NCBI RefSeq assembly: GCF_000195855.1
Contig: NC_002677.1
Span: 1,140,001-1,172,000 of the forward strand
DNA: 32,000 nucleotides
Direction of reading: 5' to 3'
Source of the DNA: Mycobacterium leprae TN
Lineage (GTDB): Bacteria; Actinomycetota; Actinomycetes; Mycobacteriales; Mycobacteriaceae
In this document: one piece after another, positions 1 through 9,759 of the stretch
How the letters are laid out: every line of letters begins with the position of its first letter
How positions within the stretch are numbered: the first letter of the stretch is position 1
Position numbers and translations under genes: made by a program
The notes under the pieces: generated by a model
Told to the model about the DNA's origin: nothing
Seen by the model: the letters and a program-made list of their open reading frames with translations, nothing else
The model's database searches: none

Positions 1-299
1 GCCACTCGACTGGTCATTGCAGCACCGCGATGAATCATGGCAGTTGGATTTGGTCTTCATTGCTGCGGTGGTCTTCGGTATCCTCGTCGGGTAAGAGCCA
101 GTCTCCTGGCGGTTTCCAAGATCCGAACGCGGAGTCGGTGCGCACAATCCAGGTGTTGACCGAGCAAGTTTGGGCAGAGCGGTCAGCATATGGCTTACCG
201 TGGTAACTACACCCGCAGATGCTGTCGGTGAACAAGCTCGTACGGGTGGGCACTGACCTAGTCGACTATTTGCAACGGTCGTCATTGATGTACTAGAGC

Positions 300-1480
300 C
301 GTATCGGCGTGAACTTGGCCTCGCGCCGAGGCTCTCGAAGAGGCAAAAAAACTAATGTGGTCAACATCGACGGCGAGTTGGGGTTCACCGTGGTCAACCT
401 CAAAAGCGGCGAAAACCACGCACAGGACGACGTCCGAACTCTCCGTACGACGAACTCGTCCACGTACCGTGACGCCGTCATAGTTTTATAGTGCCGGTGG
501 CCCGACTATGCAGTAACGCGAAGGTAAACAAACAGAACCAGGACGACGTGCTAGTTATGGAGATGATCGCCGATTCCGCTGAGCTTCCTGGTGTTGGTCT
601 GGATATTCGGTGGGCTCCTGGCAGCGGCTTTGCTGATCCCCTCGATGGACTAGCTGTCGTCGGTTCAATGTCGGTGTTGTGCTTCAGTTACATTGACAAC
701 CGAAGTGTCGATCTTCGCGCTCAACCTGAGCACAGCAATGGACACGGTGTTGGCCATTGGCCTCTACACGCTGCTGATCGTCAGCCACTATCGCGACGCG
801 TTGGCCTAAGGCAGTGACTGCGATGAGGCATTGATCTGGATCATGGTCACTTCCGGTCGCACCGTGCTGTTCTCCGCGGTTACCGTGGCGTTGTCGATGT
901 CGGCGACGGTGGTAGTATGGATCTACTTCCTGAAGTCGTTCACCTACGCTGGTGTGCCCTTCGTAACGATCTTGCCTATCGGCTGCTGGTGCTGCTCGGT
1001 TGTACGTTAACTGGTGTGAAGTGAGGTTTTCCCGATTACCAGGTGTTGCTGCGTTTGGTGTCGTTGAGTCAAATCGGTGACCGATTGCGCACCGGTTTCG
1101 AGCACGCTACTGTGACGGCGGTGCCCGTAGTCGTACTCGATGTCCGAGGTCTGAACCTCGGTGGATCTTGACACTTACTCCGCCTTGTCCCGGATTCCGG
1201 ACATGTCGGTGGTGGAGCACCTCGGGCGGGACAGCTGCTATATTTAGAGCCGGTGGCCAGCGCTTGGGGCTTGTTGCAACAATTTGTCGCTGTGGTGTTC
1301 TGGCCGAGGTTGCTGGGTCACTGTCACGTTCATCGTGACACAGAGCGCTCGATTGTTAACGCCGGATTCGAGGTGGAGATTTCGCGGCGGGAGTGGACGT
1401 TGTCGGTCTGGGAGCCGCATCGGTGTCGGCTACTTGCTCGATTACCGGGCTCGCTGGGTGGTGACTACTGGCGGTTGTGT
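300..1480 (+). pseudogene. Remnant of an MmpL-family (RND) transporter
   Basis: Reading across frames gives SLSFLVLVWIFGGLLAAAL (about 575-630), TTEVSIFALNLSTAMDTVLAIGLYTLLIVSHYRDALA* (about 690-810) and IMVTSGRTVLFSAVTVALSMSATVVVWIYFLKSFTYAGVPFV (about 842-970). These match typical MmpL transmembrane segments but are broken by frameshifts and stops. The outer limits are approximate. Confidence 0.75.
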
Positions 1481-1504
1481 TGAGGTTAATGTTAGCGCGG
1501 ACTC

Positions 1505-2385
1505 GTTGTGGGGGTGGAGTAAAGGGTGGTGGGTCAGTGTATTGGCGGGTCGGTGCGTCAGGTCGCAAAGGTCGGTATCGATGCCGTGGTGATGCGGGTA
1601 TGAGAGTCGTTTCGAGGTCTTGGTCTCACGCTGGGGTTGTACAGCGATTCTGTGGTAGGGCGTTGTCTTGTGGTTGATCATGGCCGCAGTGATCACATCA
1701 GTGCTGTGGTCCTTGGATAGGTGTAGCAGCTGCACGAATCCGCTACTTGTGTTCGGCCAGGGCGCCGATTTGGGGGTCTAATTTTTGCCGATGATTACAT
1801 CATCCGCCCAATGCTATGAGGTTAGAGCACCACACGGTCGTGTAGTTTTCGCGGGACGTGCACTGGTGGTGGCCATACCTAGAGAATAATGGTGGTGCCC
1901 GGTTTTAGCGTGCTGTGCCCTCAGCGTGCGGAACATCCACCCAGTGCGCACATGTTGGTTGAGCTTGGACTCGATGTTGAAGTGTTTTATAGGACACCTG
2001 CATCTTTCGGGCCGGTCGGGATAGGTTTTGGGCCAACACCCCCACAATTTGTTCGGGACTGTACTTCTTGGCCAGCACACATGTCTATCTCCGTACGCAG
2101 CTGCCCACAACGCTCACCTTGCCGGCCTTTAAAGCCACTGGGCCCACTGCTCACTGCATAGCTAAGCAATACAAGCTCAGTAACCCGATTGAGCGTCTTA
2201 GCCAGCATAGTTGGTGTCGAATCAGTGCAACCCCCAAAGCAACCCGCAAACACGCGGGCCCCACCCTTGCTGGTGATCTCACGCACGATCCCCACCCCCA
2301 CCCAACCCAAACGAACGGTTAACGATCGATCACATCAACTCACAACACTGCAACACACCGCCACCCTTTACTCCACCCCCACAAC
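1505..2385. repeat. 25-bp perfect inverted repeat pair, arms 1505-1529 and 2361-2385
   Basis: The plus strand at 1505-1529 is gttgtgggggtggagtaaagggtgg. The plus strand at 2361-2385 is ccacccttta ctccaccccc acaac, its exact reverse complement. Confidence 0.85.
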
Positions 2386-2419
2386 AGAACATGCACACAA
2401 AGTACAATTCAACAATCTT

Positions 2420-3220
2420 GCAGATCCGTCGTGGCCCTCGTGGGCCAACCACTCTAAACTGCGATGCTTTCAGTTTGCGGCTGGTGGGCTCGACATAGCG
2501 TTGGGTAAACTCATTGAATCCGGTCTGTTCCACCTAACTGCCAGCCGTAATCGACGGTAAACCCCGCGACCTCGTCAAGCTGTAAGCCAAAGTGCCACAA
2601 TTGCCGCCGCTGAAGGACGGTGCGGTAAAGTGTGCGGGTGCCATGCCGATTTGTCCCGTCGATGAAGTCCCTACGGACGTAGTTCAACTTTAATCGGTTG
2701 CTCGGCGTGGTCACGCGTAACCTTTTCAAGGCCCGCCGGACACTGTTTTCGGTGAGGTACTGGGTCACGTCTTCACAGATGAAAAACGCCCGTTACTCAG
2801 TGAGATAGCTGTGCCCGGCTAACGGGTGAGCAGGTCGTCATGCTAGAAGTCCAATGCGACCAACCGAACCGACAGCGGTAACGTGCCCAGCACGCGTGGA
2901 CCGTCTTGGCTGTCCTGACGACGTTGACCGGCAAGTCAACCTCGAAGCCCGGGATGCGGACCTACCGCGTCAACTGGTAAGCGCGGGTGTCCGGGCCGGC
3001 ACCGAGGGTGACAACCGGGTTGATATCTTTTACCTGTATGTTGGAGCTTGTCGCCAATGAAACGTTTACGGCAGGCCAGATTCAGATTGGCCCACAGCCC
3101 GGGAACCGACTCTTCCTATGAGCTGATCAGTAGGTGACGGAACACGTCCGACCGGGTAGCACCGACGAGCCATCGCAGTGGCCTCGGCACAAACAGGTCC
3201 GCGAGGTTGTCGTCAACCAG
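2420..3220 (-). pseudogene. Remnant of a TIGR00027-family (leucine carboxyl methyltransferase-like, Rv2751-type) SAM-dependent methyltransferase
   Basis: Minus-strand fragments: RIPGFEVDLPVNVVRTAKTV (about 2900-2990), DVTQYLTENSVRRALKRL...VRRDFIDGTNRHGTRTLYRTVLQRRQLWHFGLQLDEVAGFTVDYGWQL (2511-2768) and TGFNEFTQRYVEPTSRKLKASQF (2465-2533). They are separated by stops and frameshifts. Confidence 0.7.
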
Positions 3221-3249
3221 GTGGTTTATTATGTTTGACGGCTGTCAAT

Positions 3250-4190
3250 AAATCATCGGGCTAAAAGCTTTCTGTACCAAGGAGTTTCACCCCCATCTTC
3301 CTACCCCCTACTCGCAACAAGGCCCGTATCGACCAACAAGGTGACGCCGGTGACATAGTGAGTGTTTGATCGAACATAAGCCATGCCGCTGCGTTGGCGA
3401 TGTTGTTGGACTGCAGGATTTGTATGGGCAGCGTGTTACCCATATCTGACAATGAACCAAACTCGGTGGCCATGGTGGCAAGCCATTGCCTGGTGGACTC
3501 AATTGTTGATTATTGGGGTGTCGACACCGGAATGATGCACCGAGTTAACCTGAATGTTTGCTGCGCAAGCTGATTGGCGTAAATTCGCATCAACCTGACC
3601 ATCCTGTGCTTGGCAGTGTTGTAACCAATAGTGCCGGCATCGGTGCTGCCTATGCCCGCCAGTCTCGCGGACAAACTGATCAACACGATCGATTCGTCGG
3701 TGTGCCCGGTTCGATCATGGTCGGTATCGCGACTTAAATATAGTTTAGAAGACGCTAGTGAGGTTGACGTTGATGACATTGCGCCAACCTTCAGCACCCG
3801 CCTGCAGGGGAGCCGATGCCGGCATTGGTGACGAGGATGTAAAGCCAGCCGAACTCATCTAGGCTTGCTTGCACTTGCGGTAGACAGCGGCGCGCGATTG
3901 CGGACGTCGCTTTGTTTGGCCACGATGCGTGTGCCGGTGTCTTTACGGGTTTGATCGTGGCCGTGAGGTCTTCAGCCGTGCCCAACGAGTAAGGTGCGTT
4001 GACGATTTGATTGCACACGGCGGCGGCAATGTTCGCCCTGTCGACTGCGATTCGAACCGTGTGCGCGGTCTTGGCCACGCGCCGCTCCGGTAATGAGTAC
4101 GGTTTTCTGTTGAGCGGGCCCGTTAGTGGGCTGTCCAGGAGCCGGTCGCTAACTGGCATAGCTGTCCTTTGTTCGGATCCCCTCATGGGA
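3250..4190 (-). pseudogene. Remnant of a short-chain dehydrogenase (carveol-dehydrogenase / mycofactocin-coupled SDR type, Rv2750-like)
   Basis: Minus-strand pieces in collinear order: SLDEFGWLYILVTNAGIGSPAGG (3791-4186 ORF), SIVLISLSARLAGIGSTDAGTIGYNTAKHRMVRLMRIYANQLAQQ (3510-3797 ORF, keeping the catalytic YxxxK) and NNIANAAAWLMFDQT near 3400-3450. The reading frame is repeatedly broken. Confidence 0.8.
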
Positions 4191-4633
4191 TCGGGCTGGC
4201 AGCATTTTGATATCTGTTGCTCTAGGCCAGGTGTTTGCGAGCCGCGGTCACTGTAACGTGGTTATCCCGGGCATGTTGCTATGTGTCTGAAGCGCGTCAG
4301 CATTGGCCCATATGTTCTAGCCTCGGCCAGTGTGGTGCAGCGCATAGAGCTGGCAGTCCGGTGCGCCGTGCACGTCTTTGACGGCATGGGTTAGGTATGG
4401 TAGCGGACGGCGTTGGTCGACCGATTCAGCTTGACCGTGAAGGTGGCGACGACAACGGTCGCTTTGTGGTCTCTTGACACTCCGCGGGCGGCGGAATGAT
4501 TCGTGTCATCCGTTCGTCATTTTACCCACGCATGTTGACAATCGATTTGGATGCATGGGAAGAAACGAAGAAACAGAGTATTGCTAGTGTGGCGTGTAGT
4601 GCAGATGATATAATTGCGATTAGGCTTGTTGCC

Positions 4634-7156
4634 ATGGCTAGTAAGACCGTCGCCCGCTCCGGCAACCGAACGAGCAGTTTAAAGGCCACCTCGCGTGGTG
4701 TATCCCAAAGCCGACGACCAGTACCGCCTCGCCCCAGGAGGAACAGGCCCGCCGAACGACGTAATCAGTCGTTGCTTCTGGCTGCCGGGTTGACCTGCGG
4801 CCAGGCCATACGCGCGACCTGGCTGGTGGCGGCCAAGGGTGCCGGTGGCGCGGCACGCTCAATCGGGCGAGCTCGCGATATCGAGCCTGGACATCGCCGC
4901 GACGGAATCGCGTTGGCTCTGCTGGGTCTTGCCGTCGTCGTCGCCGCCAGCTCATGGTTCGATGCTGCCCGGCCGATCGGTGCGTGGGTCGACGCCGTGT
5001 TGCGGACGTTCATCGGTTCGGCTGTCGTCGTGCTCCCGCTGGTCATTGCTGCCGTGGCAGTGGTGTTGATGCGAACCCAACCCAATCTCGACACGCGGCC
5101 CAGGTTGATCCTAGGCGCGACCTTGATTGCTCTGTCCTTTCTCGGCTTACGGCACCTTTGGTCGGGTTCGCCGGAAACCCCCGAGGTGCGGCGGGGTGCC
5201 GCCGGTTTCCTGGGGTTTGCCATCGGAGGACCGCTGTCGGACGGGTTGACAGCCTGGATCGCTGCGCCATTGTTGTTCATCGGAGCGTTATTCGGCCTGC
5301 TGCTGTTGACCGGAACCACGGTACGCGAGGTGCCCGAAGTGCTGCGCGGCATGTTCGATACCGGGCTTTTCCAACGTGACTATGACGATCAATACGATGC
5401 CGAGTATCGATACGACGACATTCCGGGCGCCCCGCCAGAAGATTTTTCCGGTTGCTACGACGGCTCTTTGGTCGGGGGGGGCGACGCTGAACAGAAGGTG
5501 CGGGGGTGGCCGGTGACTGACCTCGCTGAGGTTTCGTTGCAGGACGACGTTCCCACCACTCCGGAACCTGCCGTGCAGGCTGGCACCGCCGAGGTCCACC
5601 GTCTTACCCCCCGATCCGCGGAGGAACACCGGACCCAGGCGCTGGACCGAGCCATCGAGGGTTCCTATACGTTGCCGTCCATGAGTTTGCTGTTGACTGG
5701 CGATCCGCCCAAGAAATGTAGCGCCGCCAACAACCACATGGCCAGTGCGATCGGTGGGGTTCTTACCCAATTCAAGGTTGATGCGGCCGTAACCGGCTGC
5801 ACCCGAGGACCGACTGTCACCCGCTACGAGGTGGAGCTAGGGCCTGGTGTCAAGGTAGAGAAGATTACCGCCCTGCAGAAGAACATCGCCTATGCGGTAG
5901 CCACTGAGAGTGTCCGCATGTTGGCCCCGATCCCGGGTAAGTCCGCCGTCGGCATCGAGGTACCTAACACCGATCGCGAAGCGGTGCGGCTGGCCGATGT
6001 GCTCACTGCACCCTCGACGCGTCGTGACCATCATTCGCTGGTAATCGGGTTGGGTAAGGACATTGAGGGGAATTTCATCTCGGCCAACTTGGCAAAAATG
6101 CCGCACCTGTTGGTCGCGGGCTCCACCGGATCGGGTAAGTCGAGCTTCGTCAACTCCATGTTGGTGTCACTGCTGACCCGGTCCACCCCGGAAGAGGTCA
6201 GGATGATCCTGATCGACCCGAAGATGGTGGAACTGACACCGTATGAAGGTATTCCGCATTTGATCACGCCGATCATTACGCAGCCGAAGAAGGCGGCGGC
6301 CGCACTGGTGTGGCTGGTCGAAGAAATGGAGCAGCGTTACCAGGACATGCAGGCGTCGAGGGTACGCCACATCGACGTGTTCAACGAGAAGGTGCGGTCC
6401 GGGGAGATCACGGCTCCGCTGGGCAGCCAGCGGGTCTACCGGCCGTACCCTTACATCCTGGCCATTGTCGACGAGCTGGCTGACCTGATGATGACTGCGC
6501 CGCGTGACGTCGAGGACGCCATCGTGCGGATCACTCAGAAGGCCCGCGCCGCGGGGATCCACTTGGTGTTGGCTACCCAGCGCCCGTCGGTCGACGTGGT
6601 CACCGGGCTCATCAAGACCAATGTGCCGTCCCGGCTGGCGTTTGCGACGTCGTCGCTCACCGACAGCCGGGTGATTCTGGATCAAGCGGGTGCGGAAAAA
6701 TTGATCGGCATGGGTGACGGCCTGTTCCTTCCGATGGGTGCGAGCAAGCCGGTTCGGTTACAGGGTGCGTTCATCACTGACGAGGAGATCCACGCCGTCG
6801 TTACTGCTTGCAAAGACCAGGCCGAACCCGAATACACCGAAGGGGTCACCACCGCTAAGACCACCGGTGAACGCACTGACGTTGACCCCGACATCGGCGA
6901 TGACATGGATGTGTTCCTGCAAGCCGTGGAGTTGGTGGTATCTAGCCAGTTCGGGTCTACTTCGATGCTGCAGCGCAAGCTGCGGGTGGGGTTCGCCAAG
7001 GCCGGCCGGTTGATGGATTTGATGGAGACTCGAAGCATCGTGGGGCCCAGCGAAGGATCCAAGGCCCGCGAGGTGCTCGTGAAGGCCGACGAGCTGGCAG
7101 CTACGTTGGCGCTGATTCGGGGTGGTGCTAGCGCCGACGGGTCTAACGAAGACTAG
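4634..7156 (+). CDS. ftsK: DNA translocase FtsK/SpoIIIE
   Basis: Long ORF 4496-7156. N-terminal TM segments, Walker A LVAGSTGSGKSSFVN, Walker B YPYILAIVDELADLMM, and a C-terminal winged-helix gamma domain (GSTSMLQRKLRVGFAKAGRLMDLME). The start is proposed at MASKTVARSG (4634). An upstream in-frame ATG exists at 4496. Confidence 0.95.
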   Translation: MASKTVARSGNRTSSLKATSRGVSQSRRPVPPRPRRNRPAERRNQSLLLAAGLTCGQAIRATWLVAAKGAGGAARSIGRARDIEPGHRRDGIALALLGLAVVVAASSWFDAARPIGAWVDAVLRTFIGSAVVVLPLVIAAVAVVLMRTQPNLDTRPRLILGATLIALSFLGLRHLWSGSPETPEVRRGAAGFLGFAIGGPLSDGLTAWIAAPLLFIGALFGLLLLTGTTVREVPEVLRGMFDTGLFQRDYDDQYDAEYRYDDIPGAPPEDFSGCYDGSLVGGGDAEQKVRGWPVTDLAEVSLQDDVPTTPEPAVQAGTAEVHRLTPRSAEEHRTQALDRAIEGSYTLPSMSLLLTGDPPKKCSAANNHMASAIGGVLTQFKVDAAVTGCTRGPTVTRYEVELGPGVKVEKITALQKNIAYAVATESVRMLAPIPGKSAVGIEVPNTDREAVRLADVLTAPSTRRDHHSLVIGLGKDIEGNFISANLAKMPHLLVAGSTGSGKSSFVNSMLVSLLTRSTPEEVRMILIDPKMVELTPYEGIPHLITPIITQPKKAAAALVWLVEEMEQRYQDMQASRVRHIDVFNEKVRSGEITAPLGSQRVYRPYPYILAIVDELADLMMTAPRDVEDAIVRITQKARAAGIHLVLATQRPSVDVVTGLIKTNVPSRLAFATSSLTDSRVILDQAGAEKLIGMGDGLFLPMGASKPVRLQGAFITDEEIHAVVTACKDQAEPEYTEGVTTAKTTGERTDVDPDIGDDMDVFLQAVELVVSSQFGSTSMLQRKLRVGFAKAGRLMDLMETRSIVGPSEGSKAREVLVKADELAATLALIRGGASADGSNED

Positions 7157-7165
7157 TGTACAAGA

Positions 7166-7708
7166 TCACAGCACTAGCAGCATGCGGGAGTTGCCCAGGG
7201 TATTCGGTTTTACATAGCTCAGGTCCAAGAACTCGGCGACCCCGATATCGTATGACCGGCACATCTCTTCGAACACCTCGGCGGTTACCGGGGTGCCCTC
7301 TATCTCGGTGAACCCGTGCTGGCTGAAGAATTCGGTTTCGAAGGTCAACACGAACAACCGTTCCAATTCCAGCTTGCGAGCGACTTCGAGTAGTCGGTTC
7401 ACGATTGTGCCGCCGACACCGTGGCCGGTCATGGCGGGGTCGACGGCGACGGTGCGGATTTCGCCGAGGTCGGACCACAGCACGTGCAGCGCACCGCAGC
7501 CGACTACTTTGCCCGGTATGTCGGGGTGTTCGGCCACCCAGAATTCCTGCACGGCTTCATAGAGTGTCACGAGGTTCTTTTCCAGCAGGATCTTTCCCGC
7601 GTAGGTGTCGACGAGTTGTTTGATCGCCGGGATATCGGAGGTTCGTGCGCGCCGGACCACCGGCAGATAATTCTGTGAATTTTTGGTCACGGCTAACAGT
7701 ATCGACAT
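7166..7708 (-). CDS. argA: GNAT-family amino-acid (glutamate) N-acetyltransferase, Rv2747-like
   Basis: 180-aa ORF with VRRARTSDIPAIKQLVDTYAGK, EIRTVAVDPAMTGHGVGGTIVNRLLEVARKLELERLFVLTFETEFFSQHGF (acetyl-CoA binding site). It is convergent with ftsK. Confidence 0.85.
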   Translation of the reverse strand: MSILLAVTKNSQNYLPVVRRARTSDIPAIKQLVDTYAGKILLEKNLVTLYEAVQEFWVAEHPDIPGKVVGCGALHVLWSDLGEIRTVAVDPAMTGHGVGGTIVNRLLEVARKLELERLFVLTFETEFFSQHGFTEIEGTPVTAEVFEEMCRSYDIGVAEFLDLSYVKPNTLGNSRMLLVL

Positions 7709-7747
7709 CAGGGACGCACGAGCTGGTCAACCGTTATTCTATTTGCC

Positions 7748-8356
7748 GTGTCGGGGCAGCCTCCAACGGGTCCGATGGTAGATTGCGTCCGTATTGCCAA
7801 CCTCGCCAATATCCTGACTGGCTTGCGGCTGATGTTGGTCCCCGTTTTTTTGGTTGCCTTGTTCGCTGGGAATGGCCACGAAATCGTCGGTCGGATAGCG
7901 GCTTTCGTGATCTTCACAGTTGCCTGCATTACCGATCGGTTAGACGGTTTGCTGGCCCGCCGCTACGGCATGGCGACTGAATTCGGTGCGTTCGTCGATC
8001 CGATCGCGGACAAGACCCTGATCGGGGCGGCGCTGATCGGACTTTCGATGCTTGGTGACCTGCCATGGTGGGTCACGGTGCTTATCATGACTCGCGAGCT
8101 TGGAGTGACTTTATTGCGGTTGGCTGTTATTCATCGCGGGGTCATTCCGGCAAGTTGGGGTGGCAAACTCAAGACTGTGGTCCAGGCAGTAGCGATCGGT
8201 CTGTTCCTGCTGCCTTTGACGCAACTGTCAGTGCCGTTCCACGTGGGTGCAGCAGTGGTGATGGCAGTTGCGGTCGTGCTTACGGTGGTCACGGGTGTCG
8301 ACTACGTGGCTGGGACAATCAGGGCCGTCAGGGGAGTGCACCAGACAGCCAGCTGA
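7748..8356 (+). CDS. pgsA3: CDP-alcohol phosphatidyltransferase (phosphatidylglycerophosphate synthase-like)
   Basis: GTG start at 7748. Contains the CDP-alcohol phosphotransferase motif DRLDGLLARRYGMATEFGAFVDPIADK and several TM helices. Confidence 0.9.
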   Translation: MSGQPPTGPMVDCVRIANLANILTGLRLMLVPVFLVALFAGNGHEIVGRIAAFVIFTVACITDRLDGLLARRYGMATEFGAFVDPIADKTLIGAALIGLSMLGDLPWWVTVLIMTRELGVTLLRLAVIHRGVIPASWGGKLKTVVQAVAIGLFLLPLTQLSVPFHVGAAVVMAVAVVLTVVTGVDYVAGTIRAVRGVHQTAS

Positions 8357-8420
8357 TCACGGGAGCCATAGCAGGCCATCTGCGTTCATCTAGTGACTGA
8401 CCGGATGAGGTGGAGCGCGA

Positions 8421-8754
8421 TGGTGTCATTTAGTGCGTGAAGTCATGGGCAACGTGTTGTGCCGGATCAGGGCCGCACGCTGCGTGAGATGTTGGATTCC
8501 GCGTGCGTGAGTCTCGGTTATCTATTCGGAGGTTGAGCCCGGCTGGAAGGCGCCTTCCAGCAAGTTGCTCAACACGATTTGCGACGCGTTGTAGGTGGCT
8601 GCTGTCAGAGTTGCTTATCGACGTCGGTGAACGAGTGGCGCATACGTAACGTGCAGCCTGGACCGTACTAGATAGCGTGCCAAGCGGCTTCATCATCGAC
8701 CGGTCAGCACCAAGGTCGTCAATTCTCCCCGGTGGGGTCGTTGCAGTGGCGTAA
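8421..8754 (+). pseudogene. clgR: Degenerate ClgR-type Cro/C1 helix-turn-helix regulator (Rv2745c-like)
   Basis: Frame-broken reading: VREVMGNVL / QGRTLREMLDSACVSLGY / SEVEPGWKAPSSKLLNTICDAL / VAAVRVAYRRR, ending in VVAVA* (stop 8752-8754). It sits between pgsA3 and pspA as expected. Confidence 0.8.
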
Positions 8755-8890
8755 ATGCGGCCAACGTGCCGGGCCCCTCGGATAGGAGTTGCCAAAAGGG
8801 TGTGGAGATCTGCGCTTACCCGATAAATTGAGCGTTAGAGAAAGCGCAGGGTCCATCCGGCTACACAAGCAACGAAGACGGAGCTAAGTC

Positions 8891-9722
8891 ATGGTCAATC
8901 CGTTCGTGAAAGCGTGGAAGTACATCGTGGCGCTGTTCAATGCCAAGCTCGACGAGAATGCAGACCCCAAGGTGCAGATTCAGCAGGCCATTGAGGAAGC
9001 ACAGCGCACTCACCAGGAGCTGACCCAACAGGCCGCGCAGGTGATCGGCAACCAGCGGCAACTAGAGATGCGGCTCAACAGGCAGCTGGCGGACATCGAA
9101 AAGCTCCAGCTAAACCTGCGCCAGGCGCTGACGTTAGTGGACCAGGCCACTGCCACCGGGGACGTTTCTAAGGCTGCCGAGTACAATAACGGCGCCGAGG
9201 TGTTCGCGGCCCAGTTGGTGACCGCCGAACAGAGCGTCGAGGACCTCAAGACGTTGCACGACCAGGCGCTTCGTGCGGCGGCTCAAGCCAAAAAGGCTGT
9301 CGAACAGAACGCGATGGTGGCTGCAGCAAAAAATCGCGGAGCGCACCAAACTGCTGAGCCAACTCGAGCAGGCGAAGATGCAGGAGCAGGTTAGTGCTTC
9401 GCTGCGGTCGATGAGTGAGATCGCGGTGCCCGGCGATACCCCGACGCTCGACGAGGTGCGGGAAAAGATTGAACGTCGGTACGTCAACGCGCTCGGTGCG
9501 GCCGAGTTGGCACAAGGTTCCGTGCAGGGTCGCATGATCGAGATCGAACAGGCCGGTGTGCAGATGGCCGGTCATTTGCGGCTAGAGCAGATCCGCGCGT
9601 CGATGCTCAGTCAAGCTTTGTCGACGGGCGGTACGGCTGCGTTTCCCGGAGGCACACCGGCCAGTATCGCGACCAACCAAGCTAGCGACGTGCACGTTGT
9701 TGAGAAATCCCTCGGTCAGTAA
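8891..9722 (+). pseudogene. pspA: PspA/IM30-family 35-kDa alanine-rich protein, interrupted by a single-base insertion
   Basis: ORF 8891-9394 ([53 protein letters not shown]...) continues in another frame from about 9320 ([31 protein letters not shown]...). The sequence gcgatggtgGctgcagcaaaaaatc carries one extra G relative to an uninterrupted [13 protein letters not shown] reading. Confidence 0.85.
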
Positions 9723-9759
9723 GCAACGCGGGCGGTTTGAGAATGGTGCTGAGGTGGCC

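Noticed and set aside
1253-1677. Overlapping plus and minus ORFs of 66-102 aa around 1.3-1.7 kb
   Set aside because: Mutually overlapping with no domain signature. They lie within or next to the MmpL remnant and are likely spurious.
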